From positions 1 through 51,694 of the forward strand of contig CAVQMM010000003.1 in NCBI GenBank assembly GCA_963713615.1: 51,694 bases of DNA, given 5' to 3'. The translations under genes and the position numbers were made by a program. Under the pieces are notes generated by a model, which was given only the letters and a program-made list of their open reading frames with translations, did not search any database and was not told where the DNA came from. Positions 47,780-51,694 of the stretch are shown piece after piece (position 1 is the first letter of the stretch; each line of letters opens with the position of its first letter). Source of the stretch: an uncultured Chlamydiae bacterium. GTDB lineage: Bacteria > Chlamydiota > Chlamydiia > Chlamydiales > JAJFMA01.

Positions 47780-48145
47780 ATGTTTGAGTTAGAAAAAAAC
47801 TTTTCCTTCGAAGCGGGACATGTCCTGCCCCACCACGAGGGCAAATGCAGCCGTCCGCATGGCCATTCCTACGGTCTCACCGTGCGCCTACGCTCCGCTC
47901 AGCTCATCGGCGAAGGTGCCAGCACCAATATGGTCATCGACTTCTGCGATATTTGCGCTGTGGTAGACCCAATGATCAAAGAATATCTCGACCATTATTG
48001 GCTTAATGACAGCCTTCAATGCGAGTCACCTACCGCGGAATTTATTGCACGCTGGATCTACAAATATCTCAAGCCTAAACTTCCCTTATTGCAGTCCATC
48101 TCCATTCACGAAACTCTATCAGCCTCCGTAACCTATTCGGAATAA
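47780..48145 (+). CDS. queD: 6-carboxytetrahydropterin synthase QueD (PTPS family)
   Basis: FEAGH...CSRPHGHSY, MVIDF, LDHYWLN and PTAE motifs; start placed at ATG 47780. Confidence 0.9.
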   Translation: MFELEKNFSFEAGHVLPHHEGKCSRPHGHSYGLTVRLRSAQLIGEGASTNMVIDFCDICAVVDPMIKEYLDHYWLNDSLQCESPTAEFIARWIYKYLKPKLPLLQSISIHETLSASVTYSE

Positions 48146-48368
48146 GAGTGCGTCAGTCCCTCCATGACCGTTTTTCGCAAGTTAAGCCACACGCGCGGAT
48201 AGGTTTATGCCTGTAGTGATTGTTATACCACATGTAGGTAGTAAAACTTTGAATAGCTGGGCCTACTCTCCGTTGCTCCTGACCCGGTATAAAGTTTGTC
48301 GTTGCTTTTTTTCACAATCGCCTGCTACTCTCTTTGTTTTAGTATGAACACCGAGGAGAAACCTTTAA

Positions 48369-50139
48369 ATGTCTAAAAACCCCGAATTCAGCTGGAACGA
48401 CGACAAGCTTGTTGATGACGTCGACTATGAGAAAACCGAGGCTGAGCAATTTAAGTCTCTGCTAAATCAAGGTACTATAGGTCCTAAACAAATGCCCACG
48501 GAGCCTACTCCTGGAGCCATTTTAAAAGGACGAATTGTCGAATTCACAAAAGATCACGTGGTTGTCGATGTCGGCTTGAAATCTGAAGGCCTCGTGCCAA
48601 TCCATGAATTTTCCGATCCCTCGCAGCTTATTCTAGATGGAGAAGTCGAAGTTCTATCTGGACCAAGCAGAAGATGAAAATGGTCAAATCGTGCTCTCCC
48701 GCGAAAAAGCCGAACGCACTCCGTCAGTGGGAATACATCCTCGAACACTGCGAAGAAGGCTCGATCGTTAAAGGACGAGTTATCCGCAAAGTTAAAGGCG
48801 GCTTGATGGTCGATATCGGCATGGAAGCCTTCCTGCCAGGCTCGCAAATCGACAACAAGCGCATCAAAAACCTCGATGATTACATCGGCAAGACCTACGA
48901 ATTCAAGATCCTCAAGATCAATATCGATCGCAAGAACGTCGTCGTTTCTCGCCGCGAACTCCTCGAAGCTGAGCGCATTTCCAAGAAAGCTGAACTGCTC
49001 GAGAACTATCAAAGAAGGCGATGTCCGTGAAGGCGATCGTCAAGAACATCACCGACTTCGGTGTATTCCTCGATCTCGACGGCATCGATGGACTCCTCCA
49101 TATCACCGATATGACCTGGAAGCGTATCAAGCATCCTTCAGAAATGGTCGCCTTCGGTCAGAAACTTGAAGTGATGATCCTCAACGTCGACAAAGAAAAA
49201 GGGCGCGTTGCCTTGGGTCTGAAGCAGAAAGAGAACAATCCTTGGGAAGAAATCGAAGCGAAATACCCTCCAGGCACACGAGTCAAAGGCAAAATCGTCA
49301 ACCTGCTGCCTTACGGCGCATTCATCGAAATCGAACCAGGCATCGAAGGTCTGATCCACGTTTCCGAAATGTCCTGGGTGAAAAACGTCACTGATCCTAG
49401 CGAAGTCGTCAATAAAGGCGATGAAGTTGAAGCGATTGTTCTCTCCGTCCAAAAAGAAGAAGGCAAAATTTCCTTGGGACTCAAACAGGCTGAACATAAT
49501 CCTTGGGACGACGTCGAAGACAAATATCCTGTCGGCGCAAGCGTCAAAGTCGAAGATCAGGAATCTGACAAACTATGGTGCGTTTGTCGAACTCGAGCCA
49601 GGCGTTGAAGGACTGATCCACATCTCCGATCTAAGCTGGATCAAAAAAGTCTCCCACCCATCAGAAGTTCTGCAGAAAGGCGACATGGTCGAAGCGGTTA
49701 TTCTTTCTGTCGATCCCAGAAGCAAAAAAATCACCTTCGGCGTTAAACAGCTCAGCCAAAATCCATGGGAAAGCATCGAAAAAACAATGCCTGTTGGGAC
49801 TCTGGTTAAAGGTGTCGTCACCAAGATCACCGCTTTTGGCGCCTTTGTCGAACTCGAAAGTGGCATCGAAGGACTCATCCACGTCACCGAATTGTCCGAT
49901 CAAGCATTCGGAAAAGTCGAAGATGTGGTATCAAAAGGAGAGAAGTCACTGCAAAAGTGATCAAGCTAGACCGTGAGCACAAAAAAATCGCGTTGTCCAT
50001 CAAGGAATACCTGATCGACACGAACAAAGTGAATCGCGATGACATCGTCGTCGCAGATACTAACACCTCTGAAAGCGCAAGTGCTGAAGCCAGCAAAGGC
50101 CCACGTGGTGCTTCCAAAGGCGAAGAGGAGGAGTCCTAA
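48369..50139 (+). CDS. rpsA: 30S ribosomal protein S1, frameshifted in this sequence (probably sequencing indels)
   Basis: S1 repeats ([61 protein letters not shown]) are spread over several frames; GAGGAG RBS. Confidence 0.93.
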
Positions 50140-50194
50140 GAGGCCCCTTTCCCCTTCCTATTGGAACGGGAAAAAACCTCGGTTGGTGGGCATT

Positions 50195-50223
50195 AAGAAC
50201 CGAAGGCTAACCTTCGGTTCTTT
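50195..50223 (+). terminator. Hairpin between rpsA and nusA
   Basis: AAGAACCGAAGG-CTAA-CCTTCGGTTCTT with a short T tract. Confidence 0.65.
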
Positions 50224-50259
50224 ACGTCAATTAATAGGCTAAATTTCAAGGCGAAACGG

Positions 50260-51541
50260 ATGAATAAAGACCTAGTTGCAATATTCGAATACCTGGAACG
50301 TGAAAAAGGAATCAAAAGGGATATCGTCATCGAAGCTATCGAAGAATCGCTCCGCGCTGCGGCAAAAAAGAGCATCGAGGGTGCCTCAAATGTCACCGTC
50401 AAAATCCATCCCAAAACTGGCAATATTGAAGTGTTCTGCGAGAAAGAAATCGTAGAAGAAGTTGAAGTCCACTTAGGAGATCTCCCTGGAAGAAGCCAGA
50501 GAGATCGACCCCGATTGCGAACTCGGATCAATTCATCGATATCCCAGTTACACCAAAAGATTTCGGCCGTATCGCTGCTCAAAAAGCACGCCAGATCATC
50601 ACTCAAAAACTGCGTGGCGCTGAACGCGATGTCATCTATGAAGAATACCGCCACCGCGCCAACGAATTAATCTCTGGTACCGTGAAACGCTTTGTACGCG
50701 GCGCCAACCTTATCGTTGATCTTGGTAAAGTTGAAGCAATCATCCCGGCCGCAACTACCCGAAAACCGAAAAATACCAGGTCGGCGACAAAGTGCTCGCT
50801 CTACTTATCGGCGTCTGCGACACCGAAAATGGCGGTGCTGAAGTCGTTCTAAGCCGCAGTGACCCGGAATTCGTGCGCCAGCTCATGATTCAAGAAGTTC
50901 CTGAGATCACCGATGGCACCGTCATAATCGACAAAATCGTACGGGTCGCGGGATACCGTACCAAGCTTACAGTCCGCTCAACAGATGGCCGTGTAGACCC
51001 CGTAGGGGCTTGCGTCGGTATGCGTGGTATCCGCGTAAAAAATATCGTTCGCGAACTTAATAATGAAAAAATCGATATCGTTCCATTCTCTCAAGATCCT
51101 ATTGAGCTTCTTCAGAATGCCCTTGCTCCGATAGAAATTCGCAAAATCAGCATCGATGATGAAGAGGCTGAGCATAAGGTCGTATCGATCGTCGTCGACG
51201 ACGAGGACTATCCAGCAGTCATCGGTAAAAAGGGCATGAATGCCCGTCTTAATAGCGAACTGATTGGTTGTGAGCTAGACGTCCAACGCATGAGCGATTA
51301 CAATCGCGCTATGGCACTACAACGGACGGAGCTGGCCTCCTGTGAAGACCCTACGCTCGACGAACCTGTCAACCATATTGAAGGCGTCAGCTCTCTGATC
51401 CTTGAACACCTCATCGCAGAAGGCTTTGGCACGACACGCAAGCTGCTAACAGCCTCACCAGAACAGCTTGCGCAGCTATCAGGAATCAGTCTCGAGGTGG
51501 CTGACAATATCCTGGAAAAAATTCGCAAGCAAAGGATGTAA
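50260..51541 (+). CDS. nusA: Transcription factor NusA, frameshifted in this sequence (probably sequencing indels)
   Basis: MNKDLVAIFEYLEREKGI; FGRIAAQKARQ in another frame; DPVGACVGMRG and IGKKGMNARL. Confidence 0.93.
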
Positions 51542-51545
51542 GACA

Positions 51546-51694
51546 TTGGCCAAGAACCTGAAGTTAAAGATCAAGAATGAACAGATCGCTGCGGCGGTCA
51601 GTCTTGGTGGTCTCAAAGAGAAGCTGGCGAAGAAGAAGGCGGAAGCTAGTGAAGCGAAAGCCACTCAGCCGGCTCTAGAGGCTCCTAGCGAAGT
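51546..51694 (+). CDS. infB: Translation initiation factor IF-2, 5' fragment
   Basis: TTG start 4 nt after the nusA stop: MAKNLKLKIKNEQIAAAVSLGGLKEKLAKKK; nusA-infB gene order. Confidence 0.8.
   Translation, partial: MAKNLKLKIKNEQIAAAVSLGGLKEKLAKKKAEASEAKATQPALEAPSE

Noticed and set aside
47640..47780. preQ1 riboswitch upstream of queD (or of yitT-queG)
   Set aside because: No recognisable preQ1 stem with an A-rich tail by eye; an Rfam/Infernal scan would settle it
48369..51541. Programmed frameshifting or true pseudogenes in rpsA/nusA
   Set aside because: Too many breaks, no consistent slippery motif, and the genes are essential; sequencing error is more parsimonious

Overview
Bacterial chromosome segment, most likely from an environmental member of the phylum Chlamydiae. 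The evidence is gene order recalled as typical of chlamydial genomes: rpe-efp-accB-accC, rpsA-nusA-infB, and ttcA/surE/ubiA/ubiX/yitT. Two giant accessory surface-type genes stand out. The first is a >2,200-aa LEPR-XLL/DUF4347/beta-helix/cadherin/Ig adhesin running off the left edge. The second is a ~4,850-aa secreted protein made of ~47-48 near-identical 81-aa coiled-coil repeats, with an N-terminal domain paralogous to its neighbouring gene and a triplicated Cys-containing C-terminal domain. Many intergenic regions are mosaics of small palindromic mobile DNA: a 160-bp MITE (4 copies, each with its own 8-bp target-site duplication), a nested compound element (2 copies), and several REP/REPIN-like families. 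No transposase is present in the window. There are three brnQ paralogs; the first two are preceded by promoter-uORF-hairpin arrangements that look like Ile/Leu/Val-sensing leader-peptide attenuators. Also present: a MoxR-like AAA+ gene with a partner, tRNA-Val, tRNA-Asp, a fadL-like gene, queG, queD and an ACT-less aspartokinase. rpsA and nusA carry several single-base indels that are probably sequencing errors.
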